Part shown: piece by piece, positions 62,116 to 64,000 of the stretch
How positions within the stretch are numbered: position 1 is the stretch's first letter
Layout of the letters: each line of letters starts with the position of its first letter
DNA from: Ostrea edulis
Lineage: Eukaryota
Length of the DNA stretch: 64,000 nt
Direction of reading: 5' to 3'
Assembly (NCBI RefSeq): GCF_947568905.1
Contig: NC_079168.1
Coordinates: 71,362,001 to 71,426,000, forward strand
Position numbers and translations under genes: made by a program
Notes under the pieces: model-generated
The model's database searches: none
What the model was told of the DNA's origin: nothing
What the model saw: the letters and a program-made list of their open reading frames with translations, nothing else

Positions 62116-62789
62116 ATAGATACTATACCACATCACCAGAAAAGCTAGCTCACTAGCGTGGCGGTATAAGTTCCCTCTTACACTGTCCGCTACAATATTT
62201 TGTTTCACAACTAACAGGGTTGTGTATATATAATGGCGATGTATAATCACTAATGCAACGTAAACTATTTGATTTCATCACAGATGAACTCCTTTCACCC
62301 TCGGACATCTTTGTTGGTCTTATTTGTATCATGAACTCCGTGAGTCTTCTTCACATGATCGGCAAGAAAACAATGGCGTCGGTTCGTTTTAGAATCGCGT
62401 TCATCGACTGTGAATATAGGAATAAGGAGCTACCCGACTAAATTCATTATGCTTCATCATGTGTAAAATGGTAATTAGATATGGACAGATCCAAGAATTG
62501 CTGGAAAATTATATGTAGCTATATAATACAGTATGCTAATAAGGCAGTCATGTAGTCAGCATTCAGATCATTTCGGAAAGAAAGTGAGTAAAAAGACAGA
62601 CTATTTTAAAACTATTTTATGTATATTTCTCTAACTATATTATTTATATCCATATTTGATAGAGTTTTTCGTTTCATCTTATCTGTATTAGATTCTAGCA
62701 TAAAATTGGAGCATATGTTCAATGCGCATTTAAGAACCAATGACATGCGTTTAAAAGTGTCGAAAACATAATAACCACCGTGATGTCAT

Positions 62790-63765
62790 TCAACTTCAAG
62801 TTTTAAAGAAAGATAGAGAAGTTTAGCATAAATCATACAAACGGGAAATTTTATAATTTTCAATCCACTGACTTTGACAAAAAAATTGACATCAAAATCT
62901 TTATGAAAGGTATCATACCTTCGTAGTCTTTGGTGATCAGGTCTGATGGAATTCCCATGGGCATGAATTGTGCTCCTTTGTAGCTGACCTGTTTTCATAT
63001 TCTTATGAAGCGAAGTTTATACAAAACTTCTACATCAGAAGAAAAAACCTCTTGTTATCGCTTTAAATCCGACATTTAGATATATTGAAGACGTTTTATC
63101 TATTAACAATAATCATTTTCATTCAGATGTCGATTCGATATATCCTTGTGAACTCGGGGTAAAAGATACCAAAGACGCTTCGTATTTAAATATTTTATTT
63201 AAAATGGATATTAACGGCAAACTAACAACTCAACTTTACAACAACTGGGATGATTTCGGCTTCTCCATCGTCAATTTCCCATATTTATGTATTGATATTC
63301 CATTATCACCTGCATATGGTGTTTATATTTCTCAACTGATTCGATACGCAAGAGCATGTTCTGCGTATGATAGGTTTTTAAATTGAGGCGGGCTACTGAC
63401 AAACAAGCTGATGCGACAGGGGTTTCAACGGTCTCGTTTAAAGTCAGCATTTCGCAAATTCTATGGTCTTTATAACGATCTAGCTTGCTGATACAACCTG
63501 TCTTTGGGTCAAATGCTGTCTGACGTGTTTCATACCGATTGTTAAGCCGTTCTTTACACACTTATTTTGACTACGGATTACTCCGTTTACTTGATCAAGA
63601 TATAGGGCTCATGGCGGATGTGGCAGGTCGATAGGGGATGCTTATTCATCTTAGGCACCTGATCCCACCTTTGGTATATCCGGGGATCCGTGTTTGTCCA
63701 ACTCTAAATTGTATTCCTTATAGATATTATGAGATTGATCACTGTTCGTTATCTTCACCTTTTAA
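62790..63765 (+). mobile_element. Penelope-like retroelement (probably Naiad-type) 3' fragment: RT core and thumb plus 3' terminal module
   Basis: GIPMG.NCAPL..DLF, TFRYIEDVLSINNN, DINGKLTTQLY...FSIVNFP...IPLSPAYGVYISQLIRYARACS. No endonuclease follows the RT. Stops and frameshifts are present. Confidence 0.85.
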
Positions 63766-64000
63766 TGATACTATAACCAGTATTCCATGATAAAGTGTCG
63801 AATGAAATATTTATACAATCACGTTTTGTTTTTGTAAACAGTTCATTCTATGTTCTGGTGTTCAATATTTTCATTTTTATGATATAAATTACTACCGGTA
63901 TTACATATGTATTTTCATACTATGATATAACTTTTATTTATGTTGTAGTAAGATAGATATTTTATCCTTGATCTTATGTAAGGTAGAAAACTTTCTTAAA

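Noticed and set aside
63384-63386. In-frame TGA in the PLE RT as selenocysteine
   Set aside because: The copy at 16257 has CGA at this position, so CpG decay explains it; other lesions are also present.

Overview
AT-rich, intron-containing animal DNA. The repeat families point to a bivalve, most likely an oyster (inference). Splicing by hand with GT/GC-AG sites and phase checks gives six host genes. Three are tandem minus-strand kyphoscoliosis-peptidase/hillarin-like paralogs (499-4653, running off the window; 17250-23955; 29007-32856). The others are a 9-exon diaminopimelate decarboxylase-like gene (lysA-type, 33150-43347, minus), a two-CUB-domain membrane protein (44873-51380, plus) and a Jiraiya/TMEM221-like membrane protein (52254-53535, minus). 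The rest is dense in Penelope-like retroelement (PLE) fragments, SINEs, Tc1, hAT, CACTA, Kolobok and Helentron-type elements, and tandem repeats. The most notable observations follow. (1) The KY/hillarin paralogs have lost the transglutaminase triad and end in a region that aligns by eye to the dynein microtubule-binding domain; two of them begin with an acylation motif. (2) An intron-rich animal lysA carries a two-exon insert. (3) A 19-bp minisatellite copies a lysA exon/donor junction about 44 times. (4) A 499-bp-arm palindrome of a PLE GIY-YIG end carries hammerhead ribozymes on both strands. (5) Seven hammerhead-like motifs all point into (TA)n tracts. No database searches were run, so family names come from recalled motifs.
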